A model generated the notes under the pieces. The model was not told where the DNA came from and ran no database searches. It saw only the letters and a list, made by a program, of their open reading frames with translations. A DNA stretch of 61,575 nt, the filler included, from Sphacelaria rigidula (lineage: Eukaryota), in the NCBI GenBank assembly GCA_964200075.2. It is 7 parts of 7 records of this genome, joined end to end, with 100 filler letters (N's around TTAATTAATTAA, not from the genome) between each part and the next. Parts side by side here need not be neighbours in the genome. Positions count along the whole stretch, not along the records: positions 8,812 to 17,522 come from CAXNAA020010302.1; positions 17,623 to 26,333 come from CAXNAA020010303.1; 5 more parts are not named here. The stretch is one strand, 5' to 3'. Every line of letters begins with the position of its first letter. The stretch's first letter is position 1. Made by a program: the position numbers and the translations under genes. Below, piece after piece: positions 11,601 through 24,442 of this stretch.

Positions 11601-12521
11601 CAAAAATCGACTCTCGACAATGTTCATGCACCTGTTTGCTATTGAAGGGGCTAGTATGACCGATGAAGACTCCGCATTTGGGAAACGTCGTCCGATAAAC
11701 GCGGGATGTGTCCGCTGTGCCGCACCTACACCGGAGTACCACCAAACAAACGATTGGTCTTCTTCCATGAAGCTGCCGTGCTTGCGGCGACCCTGGCACC
11801 GCCCGAACACAAAACCGGGCCTGTTATGTGATCCGGTGAGTAGCGGCCCTGCTGTTCACAGAGAAATGATAAGAGTACGCTTCGAGGAGTAGAGGAAGTT
11901 TCACCGCTGTTCAGGCAGGAAGAAAGAAACTCGATTCCTCTCTTTGATTCGAACACTCGACGTGTGGCACCTCGCTGCCCGTAAGGCGGACCGGTAAATG
12001 GTGAAGGCGGTATCCTGTACGAGGCCTGCGATACGGTGGATTCAGTTCACGGGAAAGTGAAGCACTAGCCCTGGAGATCGTTTGGATGAAAACGGATACG
12101 ATGGACGAGATGGCAACACTGATCTCGCGAGGGAGCCGAGGTTGTCGTGGACAACGGTGGATGAGGGCGAAAACATGGTACTACTGGTGGCGGATGTGGC
12201 GTTGGCAGTGGTGATTGCCTGCAATAACAGGGGTTACGTCGCGAGGAAATCGCGTAGGTGTAAGTGAAAAACTTGTGATTGCCACCTCTCAACACTTATT
12301 TCAATAAACTAACCATGCAGTCCTGGGAGAGTCATCCAGTCCCTGAGAAAGAAGCAAGTGTCCTTACATCCACCGCCCTGAGTAACGAGGAATGTACCCG
12401 CTGTCCGCGAGTCCCTCTCATGCACATGGAATGCCGACTAGCCCATACAACCGACGCGGCGAGTACTTTGCAAGCAACGCATTGTCAAAGTTAGATTTTC
12501 ACAACCGCGTCGCCAGCACCC

Positions 12522-14839
12522 CTACAGTGAACATCCAATACGCGTGGGAATCGTGCAGAACTTACAGCAGTCAGCGCAAATGACGGTCGGGAGCTCTAGA
12601 ACCCGTTCCATGATTCTTGCCATATCCCGATCGACGCCGCTACCAGGTAGGTCACGTGAGTTCGGAGAGTCCACCTGCATGGTGCTATGAATCATGTGCC
12701 TCTCATCGCATTCATTGCACCGATTTGTGTGTTTATAAGTGGTCCACAACGGGTATCTGCAGCGGGTACCTTCGATGCGGCGGGACGGGGGAACACTGGT
12801 GGTCGTGTTCGATATCCGTCTCATATCCGCTAAATGACATTCCTATGTGTATCCATATCGAATGATCCACACTAGGGTGCCAATACTCTGACCGTGAAGT
12901 TCCGAAACGCGTCAAGGTCGCCCGGCTGCGTCAGGACACGCAGAGGATCGATCGCCGGACTCAGAACTCGCTATATCGTGTGTCGCTGCATCCCGATGGA
13001 TATGTCTACCCGGTACCGTAAATAATCCGGGTCCAGACGTTGTCCTGGCTAGTTTCGGTGCCTGCTCTACGAACCTGATGATGTCCCGTTTCAAGCAGCA
13101 CCAATTCCTATGGTCTTGGGCCTCCACGTCAACAGGCGTTGTTGTGCTGTAGCCTGTTACGCGTGCAGAGGTCATTGAAGATGACATCAACACTTGTGCA
13201 GCAAAGATCCAAACAGCATCAAGGTCCGTAGTAGCTATGAAAGAAGTGCCAACCATATGTGGAAAGCCTGAGGAGGCGTCCTGTCATTTTCCTCGCATCG
13301 CGACGGACGCGTCTGCCGGGTAGGTTCATGTGGGCCAAGAGGGCTCCCGAAGCTCCATGAATTATCAAGTGAACATCGACTAATCGCACATATTCCCGGG
13401 CGTATCGGACACACCGGCCCACACAATTGATCGTGGCATAGCTTTCCATACTCTTGCCTGAAAACATAAGCAGCACCCCCGCGTCGTTCAACCGCGAGTT
13501 TCTGGGTACGGCACCTAGGTGCAAAAGGTACCTACCCTTTGAGATCCAGCGCCAGCTAAGATTCCGTATATAACTCCGCGGAGAATAAGTCAATTGATGT
13601 TCGGTTTATCTTCCTTATTGCGCAAAAAAGATGCATGATCCGTGTGAGCTACTATACGCGGACTAGCGGTCGCTGTAATCGCACTTGAAGTCGAGATCCT
13701 GAACGTCGGCGTAACACAAGGTGCGCAGCATTCCCACGGTCAATTTAGGCATCTCAACCTTCCGGGAAGCACTACCAATATCGAAGAATGCGATCTTCGT
13801 GCGCGCAAGTACGCTGGCGCCACGAAACAGAAACACGTGATTTGCGAAGGACCTCATAGATTACGAATGGTGCATAATAACACGTTTCTGGGCTGGAAAA
13901 CATGCGGAGAGGTTCGTTACACGAGTGGTAATATGAGTTGTGCGCCGTGTGACTTCTTCGTCCGACTACAGTATATTAATCACCGTGAGGACATCGCTGC
14001 GCGTGGTGGGCACCGCTACAGTGTGTGGTGGAGAAATTCCCGTAATCTTGTACACGGGGAAAGCATATACCTCATTTTCGCAGGACGTTGACCATAGCCT
14101 GTGGGCATCGGCCGCGACTATTCCTAACCTCTGCATGCTGACTAAGCGTAGCATGATAGAAACTTTGACGAAATAATCATGACGCGCTGTCTTGTTCTGG
14201 CAAATACGACGCCGGCAATCACGGGGAATCGGTCCGAGAACGGTTTCGTATTTTCTGTGACACAACGTTTATTCCCAGCTAGTTCCTTCCTCCTCAATCT
14301 TTCGGGAGCGCGACGGCTTACGTTCCGTGAATGCATCATGGAAAAAGGTCCGAAAAGTCCCGGGCCGTGAAGAATCGACTTCTCAGTAACGTGTATACGT
14401 GTATCGTACCTGAAACATGGGGTGTGTGGGCTACTTTCCACGTACCAGCCAAACCATACTCTAAAGGCGCTCCTGTAGTGAGCCTTCACCACTTTTCAAC
14501 TCTTGAAAACTTGAAAAATGGGCGATTGATTATGTTGCTGATCTCCACGTGCCCTCGATATCGTTCTGTGAGGCATGATTCCCACGTCACATGTTTCTTG
14601 CCATCGAATATATCCAACACATCATCTTGAATGGGGCACATTTTCTGTTCTATACCATTACACTTCTCCTTCCGAAAGCGTTGGCCGATATGGAGCTCGC
14701 TGCCGGACTTCATCTCTTTTTCTGGCGGCTTCGTTACCAGTAGCTTCAGTTCGTGTAATCCTATGTTTATTGCCAGACACGTTGATTCATCAGAGAAAGA
14801 CGGGCACGTTCGTTTTCTCTCCGGCTTGAGCTCGTGCAC
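12522..14839 (-). pseudogene. Long decayed intronless coding region of unknown (TE or viral?) origin
   Basis: 13966-14265, 13663-13857 and 13219-13593 share one frame (5 internal stops in ~350 codons); 12912-13256 and 12522-12824 share another; no family recognised. Confidence 0.35.
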
Positions 14840-16828
14840 AGGGAAGGTCGGTTCAACTCTAAGAAGGATTAACTTTGCGCTTGCGGCGTTGAATCACGGT
14901 ATTCGTATTTTCGATAGAGCTAACACAACTCTCGAGCACAAGTTACGGACCACATGTCAAGATGAACCGGTGACCTGGAGAAGGAGCAAGCACATAAACA
15001 CTCAATTGGCGTAGATGCCATCATTATAGTTTTCGTATATGGCAAATGGAAAATGTTATCCTAGGGCTAGCCTTCCAACTTGAAGGGAGATAATACCCAT
15101 CATACGATTTGAGAGACGTTATGTCTGGCGCGATGAGGATATTTCTCGCTGTCTGTCGTCACAGGATGGACATAACGTATGACGAAAACGAGAGGATTGG
15201 AAGACACTTGTCAGATTATGCCAAAGGTGTGACAATTGATAAGAATTTTGCAGCAGTTGAGAAAGAAGTCAATTTATTTTTACAATTCGGATGTTGCACA
15301 GGCGCATACCAGAGAGATATTCACCAGTAACACACTCAATCTTTGGTCACTGGTAGTTGTCTTTCTCCGACTTGGTAGGCAACTGGAAACGTATAGCGGA
15401 GCGACATCGGATCTTGAATCTTTGGGGGATTGGCCGTTGCCGGTGGTTGTGTGGGTTGTGATCAACTGGATGGAATATTTTGAGATACTTCTGCAACACA
15501 TAGTTCTTCAAGTGCCATGACCTGGAAGTCTCCCGCCACCTCGAGCTCTTGTTGCTTACTTGTCATCCGACTCCTCTCCAGCAGCAAGCACCCCAACACG
15601 TGTGGTAGACTATAATCAGAGCTACACTACAGGGTGTTGGGTTCCTTCTACTTGGGCTGTTGTGCCATTGGGTGTGTCAAGTCTCCCCATATCATACTTC
15701 ATTGGTTATGAGGCTGTGTGTTCTAACTCTGGAAAAAACGCAACACCTCACGATCTTCGTAAGAAAAAATCTAAGAACCGTCCGTTGTCTTTATATCGCT
15801 CGTTCATAAGTTGGATCACAGTTTCGCTCTCCATTGTTCAGAGGTGCTTCAGCCTGATTCCTTCATGCTACTGAAATATAGCCTCGACGCGATGGAAAGA
15901 TATGTTGATTTGGCCCCAGGCGTATTACGCACGCGTTTTTTTGTGTACTATCCAGCGAATGGTTTTCGTGGTATGCGCCATGCTTCAACCTACTGACTCG
16001 CTTGGAAATACGCCTGTGGGGTAGCAACACCCTGGTTCTGTTCCGTGCCCAGTCCCTCTGTCTGCTTGTAAGTGTCTGATCCTTTTCTCGTCTTGTGGCA
16101 GAAGAGCCCCATTTTTCACGACGAGTTCTTACAGTTCAACAATCTGAATGCCCGTTCCTTATGACCCCGTTTCGTACCAGGGAACTACGCCTATGGCGCG
16201 CGTCGAGAATACCGTCCACGCCACGTGACTCTCAAACAAGGGCCGTCTACATCACGAACTGGCCCGCTTAAGCCACCAGGAGCGACCACGTATCCAGCCT
16301 CATCTCATGCCTTTGCTCTCTTCGGAATGTAGAGGGGGAGACCGTGGTCCAGCGTACGCGTCCGATGAGAAAATGCATCGCTGTTCGGAGAAAATTATAT
16401 ACGACCCATGAGTGAAGCTTGCCGTCTGCTACGAACCCGAACAATATCACACAATGGACACACCGAACTTAAATAGACGAGTGGTGCCACAGGAAGGGTT
16501 TACCAAAAATCTCTGCAGCTCTTCGCTTCAGGCGCCCCTCAATAAGAAAACATCTGGGCGCAAGCGTGCAACATCAGACTAATTTTAACCCACAAAGTGC
16601 CCCCCCCCACCGTGGTATCCCTCAGCCAGGGACATGGGTAAAGCGAAAATAAATTTTTAGAAAAAGGACGAAGCAGAGGGGTAAAGAACCGAAGAGATGA
16701 CACTTAGCGGTAGACTGACAAAGGCGCCGGAGAAGAACGCTTCTGGACGAAATCTCCAAGAATTAGTGATCTTATGCTTGGCGAGGCCAAACCTCATCGG
16801 TGAGCGATAAGTATACCCCCCCCCAATC

Positions 16829-17455
16829 TTGGAGCGAAGAGCGCAAAAGAAGAGAGATGCCCGAACAATAGTAAGCAAGCGCGACCCGGTATTAGTGCGA
16901 ATGCAAGAGTCATGGGACAGAGAGAGGGCGGAAATAGAATACAAAGTTGGAGAGCTCGCATGGATAGGGAAACAGTGGAAGGGACAGAAACAAAAGAATA
17001 AGGGAAAAGGGAGGAGTACGATTCCCAGTCAAGGAATACATGTGCAACCAGAAGGGCGGGGAACGAGGAACGAAAGATATTTCGTAGGGAACATCTATAT
17101 GCCCTCGCAGTCGGAGAGTATTGTAGACGAGATACAGATAAATTTTGGAGAGATAACAACAGATGTACGGAAGTATGAAAGACAAGGAGAAGTAATGTTG
17201 ATGGGAGATTTTAATGCAAGGATTGGAAAAAGCAAGCCAACCGGATGACAACATGGGGCAATACGGAGAAACGAAGAAAAATACGAATGGGGTAGAGATA
17301 TTGGAGTTTATTGAGAATAACGAGATGAAGATATTGAACAAAAGAGCAAGAAAATCAGATCCGCAATAGACATGGACTAGGCAATGCAAAAAAGAGAGAG
17401 AACGCTCCGTTCTTGACGACACTGTGGTAGATATGGAACTAGTGAGGAAGTACAT
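16829..17455 (+). mobile_element. Decayed LINE APE-type endonuclease fragment
   Basis: MQESW, VGNIYMP, LMGDFNARIG, N.NGVEILEF, YTWTR and SVLD motifs, with frameshift and stop. Confidence 0.9.
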
Positions 17456-17522
17456 GCAACAGTGTTTTCGTGAGATTGAGAGTAGATGATACGATTGAGA
17501 GTGAAAAGCGGTCAATCAGTGA
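17456..17522. mobile_element. End of MITE family (same as 55677-55972), abutting the LINE fragment
   Basis: caacagtgttttcgtgagattgagagtagatgatacgattgagagtgaaaagcgg is nearly identical to 55678-55731. Confidence 0.7.
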
Positions 17523-17622
17523 NNNNNNNNNNNNNNNNNNNNNNNNNNNNNNNNNNNNNNNNNNNNTTAATTAATTAANNNNNNNNNNNNNNNNNNNNNN
17601 NNNNNNNNNNNNNNNNNNNNNN
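17523..17622. other. Artificial contig-joining spacer
   Basis: N44-TTAATTAATTAA-N44. Confidence 0.99.
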
Positions 17623-17713
17623 GACACGACTACTGTACCAAGCGGCGATCGGCTGAAGTAAGGGTTGATACGCCCATCATTTCGATCCCTATTATACCAG
17701 TAGCTACTGTGCA

Positions 17714-17737
17714 TGTGCGCGTGCGTGTGCGTGCGTG

Positions 17738-17830
<93 letters not shown>
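17714..17830. repeat. Compound (GTGC)n/(GT)n microsatellite
   Basis: Direct reading. Confidence 0.97.
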
Positions 17831-17831
<1 letters not shown>

Positions 17832-19005
17832 GCCATCACATCCATCCTCTGTCTTGACAGGATTATTTACGTGTTGGTTTACCGCAGGCTCGCCGCAGGT
17901 GGCACAAGCACAAAATGCAAATGATGACCACTACCAGCGTCTGCATGCAGGCTAGATGATGGCCTCGGGTGTTCAAATCCCCAGGATTTTTTCGTAGTAT
18001 ATAAGGTGGGGTTTTGAAAACTGATTTCTCTGGAGAAAGTCTCTGAGAAAAGTCGTCCAAAATGACTTTTCTCACATACTTTTTTCAGTCTAAAAGAAGC
18101 GGCCTTACCCCCGACAACACCCTCTTCCACAGAAATTCGGAGTCCCGAGTCCCTCACCCGCGTAATATGGCGTTCTTAACCCTTTTGGCACTGGCGGTGG
18201 AAAAGTGTGGATTTCGAGGTGCTGTTTTTTAAATGGCATATAGTTGAGTATTCACAGCTTTCACCCAAAACTGGTAGCCCGACCGGTGTTTTCCAGACCC
18301 TTATAAAAATGTGCCCCAGTGCCGTACGGCACTCCATATTTGGAAAATACAAAGGTGGTGCTGATTTTTGCTTGTATGGACTTCGGGCAACAAGCGCTGA
18401 TTTTGACTGTTTGCCCAAACTTGAACAAACTTGACCCGTCGCGTCCCTCACTGGACAGAACTAATCTGACTGCACCGGGGTGATATTTTTGATGGATTCT
18501 TCGGTGGCCTTCCGCCGTGAACGTGGTTACCGTCGGTCTTTTCTGTTCCCATCCTTTTGTCTTCATCAGGGCTTGAAAAAATGAGGCGTCTGGCCCGGGG
18601 ACGGAAGGGGAGGGTTCTCAAAGGGTGTAATGTAGCCGGAGCCGCCGTTTTTCGCGCATTTTTTTTTGGGGGGGGGGGGCGATTTAGGGGCGATTTAGGG
18701 GCGATCTGACGCGTCCAACACGTGAAGGGTGAAATTTGAGCACAGATATTCGGCGCAAGAGTATAGCAAGTCTTATCGGGGGCTTCTTTGCATGAAACTT
18801 TGGCTTCCAGGAGCCGATCGCGGGTAAACTGGGTCGGGCCCGCGAGCGAACACCTGAACAGCACAGCAGTCATTTTTTCTCTGAATTGAGGCCTCACCCA
18901 TCATCATGTAAAACAAGGCGGTCAAATCTCGATCTGCCGTGCTGCGCCACTCACCACCCTCTTCCACGCCGACAAAAACGAACACGCGCAGAAACACAAC
19001 CACAC

Positions 19006-19564
19006 CTGCTGCTCCGGCACGGGGTCCAGCACCCGGATCTCCTGCTCCGCCGGTCGCACTCATCATCCTTCGTTGCTCTTGGTAGTCCCACTTGTATCTG
19101 TGCTGTTGCTGCACAAGTAGCTGCGGCAGCAACAACGACGACGGCGGCGGCGACGACTGGCGAAGGTTGCATCGAGAAGGAGTAAAGCCGCCGCTACTAC
19201 TGTGCGCCGTGAACGCTCTTGTTGTTATTGCAGCAAATGGTGCCGCGCAGCTTCTGCTGGTATACGGTGCCAATTGTTGCGGAGGCGTTGTTTGAGCTAA
19301 AGCAGCGCGCGGTGGTCGCAATAGCCCGCAGCTGCTGCCGTTACTGGCGCTGCCACGACCAACAAAGTGCCTGCTAAATGGAGTCCTATTGACTAGAACA
19401 GAAAGCCTGGATACTGTCGGTGTTGCTGTTACTGTTGTTGGTGAGGTAGGCACCAGCTTATGTATTGCCGAATAAGATGTAGACTGTTGCAATCCAGCAG
19501 CAGATCGACGGCGGGCGGTGGCCGCTGCTACCGAGCTGCCCAATCTTCCTAGGGACGAGGACAT
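19006..19564 (-). CDS. First coding exon of unknown protein with long S/R/A-rich, acid-poor N-terminus (mitochondrial-presequence-like)
   Basis: aacaaaATG context at 19564; MSSSLGRLGSSVAAATARRR...RRMMSAT; GT donor at 19005 (phase 1). Confidence 0.6.
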
Positions 19565-19896
19565 TTTGTTGCTTCTTCCGTAGGCTTGTTCGTCAAACTG
19601 TAAAGCTGTTGGGTATCCTTAATATGGCTCTTGATGTATCTCCAGTAGTGTTATCACGGCATAGTGCACTCCCGTGGTACTACAGAACACGATCCTTTCG
19701 ATCGACTGCGCCCACCTCAGGTGCGAGGTCAAGGAAAAAGGCACAAATTCCATGCGGTACAAAACTGGACGATGACTGCACCCTACAATTAAGGGGTCAA
19801 TACGCAAAGCCCACGTATACCACCTGCATCACATCTTGCAAGACATGCGTCCAATTTCCTTCCGGGACGGATAGCTTTGGGGCTGCGAAGCGTACA
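19565..19896. promoter_or_regulatory. Putative bidirectional promoter/5'UTR region
   Basis: 332 bp separating two divergent start codons (19564 minus, 19897 plus). Confidence 0.45.
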
Positions 19897-22113
19897 ATGC
19901 ACAGCGGTGGGGGAAGCCATGGTGGTAACCATAGTAACAGCACGTTTGGTGGGTTATCGGAGTATAATCCCATAGAGGACTTCGATCTCTACTGGGGCAT
20001 GGGACCGAGCCAACAACAGCAACAACAGCTGGAACTTGATATTGCAGGGAGCGGCTTGGCTGTGACTCCTACCCGACGAGGCAGCAACAGCGGCGGTGGC
20101 GGGAGTGGTGGACACCATGGAGTTGGAGGTGGGGGTGGTGGAAGTGGCAGTGGGAGTGGGGGGAGTGGGGGCAATGGTAGTGGCGGCGGCGGCGGCTTGA
20201 GTTCGTCCTGTCTCTCCATGGGCGGAGGTGGACTCTGGTCTCACGTCGTGCAAGAAGCTTATGGCCACCGGCACCATATGCACGCACCGGGTGATGCTGG
20301 AGTGCTCGGTGGGAACACGAGCGGCGGCAGCGGCAGCGGCGGTGGTGGCAGCAGCCTGGCTTCACCACCTTCGGGGGGTCCGCCACCACCAATTTCCTCC
20401 CGCCGCTCGGTCTGGCCAAGCCCGAGCCCCACTGGAGGAGGCACGGGTAGCAGCAGCAGGAACAACTCGCCTCTTCAGATGCAACAGCGACATCGTCCGG
20501 GCTCGATGGACAAAATGAGCAACCACCACAACAATAGCTCCAGCATCCATGCTAGCGATGTTGGCGCACGAATGGCGGTCGCAACGCCTGCAGCAGTAGG
20601 TGGTGCTGTGGATGCTAGAATCCACACCAGTAGTGGGAGTATCGTGGACTCGAAGCTGGAAGAGTTAGCGGCAGCGATATCGTCGTCCTTATTGGGAAAG
20701 CTCGACTTGGGTCCTGTTACGGGAGCGCTCATTTCGCAGCAGCAACACACGCAGCACGGACCCCCTCGACCCGTTGCTATGTCCTCCAACTTTGCCATGG
20801 GTGAAACCACGGCGGCGGCGGCGGTGGCACCCCTGCGCTCCAGAGTCACGGTTCTAGAGGAGCAAGTCGCCGAGTTGAAGGCAGCTCTCGAACGCCAGTC
20901 TTCCATCAGTCAGCATTCGTCTGCTTCCCGGAGGTTGCCCGTAGAGGATATGTACAATACTTCAACCGGTTGTGAAAATGAGCAGCCACCGCCACCACCG
21001 TTGACATCCCGAGGTCCGCAAGGAGGTGCTACTGCTGCTTCTCGAGGTCGTGGCGGTGGCGGGACGGGCGGGTCTGTGTCAGGCGCCAGCGTCAGCGCGC
21101 TGGAGCAAAGCTTGTCGGCGCTGGTGCAGAGAACGGGAACGCTGGAGGGGAGGCACAAGCAGGTGCAGGCCAAGGTGGCACTGCTAGACAGTGCGTTCGG
21201 AGCGAAGGCATCCGATTGGGCGCAGACCGTGCGGGACATTCTTGTCGAGCGCGAAGCAGGGGGCAAAGCTGGTGGTACTGGATCCAGCATCATCGGGCGC
21301 GCCGCGAAGAAGGGGGGCAAGAACTCAGCGGCAGGGGGAAGCGCCGGAGCCGGGATCCGCGCCACTGCCTCCCAGCAGGTCTCCGGCAGTACACTTGGCG
21401 ACGAGTGTACCAACAATTCTTTTAGGGGCGCTAGCGCCGACAGCAACATCAGTAGTAGTAGTAACAGCAAGGGTGGTCCCGGCACGCTTGGGATGACTGT
21501 CGCTTTGAAAACGTCGGGTGCTGCGTTTACAAAGAGAGAAGCGAACGAGCGTTCGACGGGGCCCGTTGACACCACCGGGAGAGGGGGACGGGAGGGGATA
21601 GTAGCCACAAGCAGAAGCAGTAGTGTTGAGTCGGGGTCGAGCACCACAACGACTACGACCACCGCGACCAGCCAGAGCACAATCACCAGCCGATGCACAT
21701 CCTGTACACAGGTAGAAGAGCGATGCGCTCGACTCGAGGCCCGCGTGTTGGAGTCCGAACGAGCGACATCTCTTTTGCGGCAACAAACGATCGAGGCCAA
21801 CAGCCTGGCGGCGGCGGCGGCCGCCGCCGCGGATTCGGGCGCATCAAAGGCGGCGGAAGCCGCGAGTGCCGCGGCCGCAGCGGCGACGGCTGCGCGGGAA
21901 GCGGCAGCAATGGCCAAGGCAGACTACGACGCAACAGCAACGGCGGCGGATGCGGGTGGTGGGGGGCGACATCAACAGCAAAGGGGAGCGAGCAGCGTGG
22001 GGTTGTCCGTGGATAAGGTCGCTGGCGACTTGAAACAACTCTCGGAGCGGGTGAAAGAAGGCGAAGATGCGCTTGTGCTCGTTGATCACGGGCTGAGGAG
22101 TGTTCGAGAAGAG
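19897..22113 (+). CDS. Very large first exon (739 codons) of unknown G/S/A-rich protein with coiled-coil segments
   Basis: ATG 19897 within the 877-aa ORF; heptad-like stretches (LRSRVTVLEEQVAELKAALERQ, VSALEQSLSALVQRTGTLE, VEERCARLEARVLE); GAG|gtgggc donor at 22114, after which composition changes. Confidence 0.8.
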
Positions 22114-23032
22114 GTGGGCGTGTGCTTATTTACGAGATATGTAGAAGGAGGAGATAACAAGGGAAGAACCCGGGGGTTTCGACTTCGTGCCTTGTCTGTG
22201 AGGTTCGTGCGGAACCGGTTCATAACTGTGTACTTCTGCTAGAGGTGTAGAGTGGAAGGCCCGTGGGCTGGAGGACGTGTCATGTGCAAATACGAACTAT
22301 TCGCTTGTGTGAGTGTAAAGCTCTGCGTTGTCGTCTGTACTCGAAGGCGCTCATATCATGTACTCCTTGAAAACGGGACGAGAAATATAGACTTTCACTC
22401 TGTCCATATTAGATTTTTATGTTTTGTTTAATTTGTCTGAAAACTCTGCCGTTCATACACAGGCGGCCATGTGGAGCGTTGAGCAAAATAACTGCACTAG
22501 CACCTTTTCCAGCTCGCTGTGTGCATACAGTCATTGGTATCCCGCTGCCCCAACCTAGCCCCCTCATCCAGGCAATGACCCTCCGTAAAGCGACGGACCC
22601 GCCTGCCTTCGTACCCGAACACAAAATGCGGAAGCATGCTCCCTTCCGTTCCCTCAATATCTTGTTGCTTGGCGTGAATGTTCCGATACACGACAGGTTG
22701 CCCCGCTTTCTGGCTCTTGTACTTCCCTCAAGCGCCTTGTGGAAACCCATCTGAGAGAGAAGGAGCAAGCAGCGGAAATGCTCAAAGGCTACGTGACTTG
22801 CATCACAAGAGAGGTGACGTTATAGGGCTGTGCATTGATCGGTTCATCACTGCAACGCCATACGAATTGTTTATTGGAGGCTTGGCATAGCAAATAAACG
22901 CCAGCAAGTACACATCGACGAGACTGATATTTATACGTTGTCGTGGTTGACCTGGCAGCAGCTTCTACTTGTGCTGAAATCTGTGAAAAGAGGGTCAATA
23001 CAAATATTTTCGTACGTCGGACAGCTCATGAG

Positions 23033-24442
23033 TAGAGGTGGGCACCTTTGAAAAAAGAACCGGTTATAACCGTTTTTTGGAAACTCTAGTAGGCATTTAC
23101 CGGTTATGGTTTTGAAAAAAGAACAGAGTGTTTTTCCCGATTTGGCAGCGAAAGCGTGACATAACACGTCACACGTTACACGTCACGCTTCTCCTGAAGT
23201 GTGACGTAACCCTAACCCTAATGGATACAGTCGACTTATTTTCAGAGATAATCTCGTCTAAGTGGCTGGTTTCTTTACAGATGAGCACCAGGGTGATCAG
23301 TTACCGTCTGAATTTCACCGTCCGTTGCCCTGAATACCATGACAAACGTTAACAACCTCAAAAAGCCATGCCGAAGTGAGCCTTGGTTTTGTTTTATCCA
23401 CTCATTATGTATTTACTATTTTTACCATTTATTCTACCATCCTTCTTCTCTTTGGTTTATTTTCAAAACAATTCATTTCTTCCTATTATGTTGGGTATTT
23501 ACTTACTTCAGTTTACGACGTTCTTCAATTTATCTTTCCTTTCATTTATTTTAGTTCCATTTTCTTCTCTCATGATTAAAAAAAATATATTTCATCTTCC
23601 TTTTTCCACCTTATTTCAATTGATTTCTACATCAACGTATCAGGAAGAGTACGCGGATCGTATGCTGCCGACACAGACATCGGGGCGGTTGGTGGTCTAG
23701 TACCCCACCCCCATCCCTGAGAGGTTCAAAATATGAAATGGGCACATAGGTGTGCGTTTTTTTTTTTCGTGCATCTCTAGTGCGGTCTAAAATATCACCA
23801 GCCTTCGTACTTGGAGTTGAATCCTAAGCAGCCTTTGTAACAGCCGTCAAAAAGCGATACACCGAACACTTATCCAAAATCGTCGAACAGGAAAAAGTGT
23901 GGCCTGGCCGTCGGTGTTTCTTCTTGACAAGAGTTGATGCGATGTCTTGTCGCCTACCGCTCTTGTACGATTATTGTGTCTATGGTTTATTCTATAGAGC
24001 AGAATTGCCCAGAGGCAATAGACAGACGAATATTTCGTGCCATAATAGTGTCGTCGATTTGTCCATACCAGTTTCCAGTTTCGAACCGCAGCTATTGAAG
24101 CAATCACCAACACCATTTCCCATCAAGCATTGAAATCGGTGCCACCAGCCACGGTGCTGTACGGTCGGCAGATGTTGCAGGTGTGTGAAGGTGTGAGATT
24201 AAACCTTTTGCTGTCACCGGCAATGGGTGTGTTTGAGTGTATCTTTCACCCACCGCACACAACACACGCGACAACAACGCCTAATTTACCTACTTCAATG
24301 ATTTCGAGGCGTTTTCCCTTGCTCATAAGGTTATTAACCGTTTTCCCGGTGAACCGGTTACACCGGCTAAAATAACCCGTTTGATTATCATGATAAAAAA
24401 CGCCCCCTATCCGGCAATTTTTGTCACCGGTACTCACCTCTA
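23033..24442. mobile_element. Non-autonomous hAT DNA transposon (1410 bp)
   Basis: 14-bp TIRs TAGAGGTGGGCACC and TAGAGGTGAGTACC (12/14 match); 8-bp TSD CTCATGAG at 23025-23032 and 24443-24450; subterminal AACCG/CGGTT motifs. Confidence 0.88.

Noticed and set aside
11188..11892. 234-aa ORF as a gene
   Set aside because: Runs through a minisatellite and a SINE copy; chance open frame
9852..17455. Single intact LINE spanning the RT and endonuclease fragments
   Set aside because: The endonuclease lies downstream of the RT, 6 kb away; these are two separate truncated copies
19609..19896. N-terminal extension of the 877-aa ORF from a TTG start
   Set aside because: Non-ATG start in a eukaryote and non-coding-like composition; ATG 19897 is preferred (an ATG at 19624 cannot be fully excluded)
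20910..21917. 335-aa minus-strand ORF (and other ORFs nested in 19954-22089)
   Set aside because: Antisense or alternative-frame shadows of the GC-rich plus-strand exon
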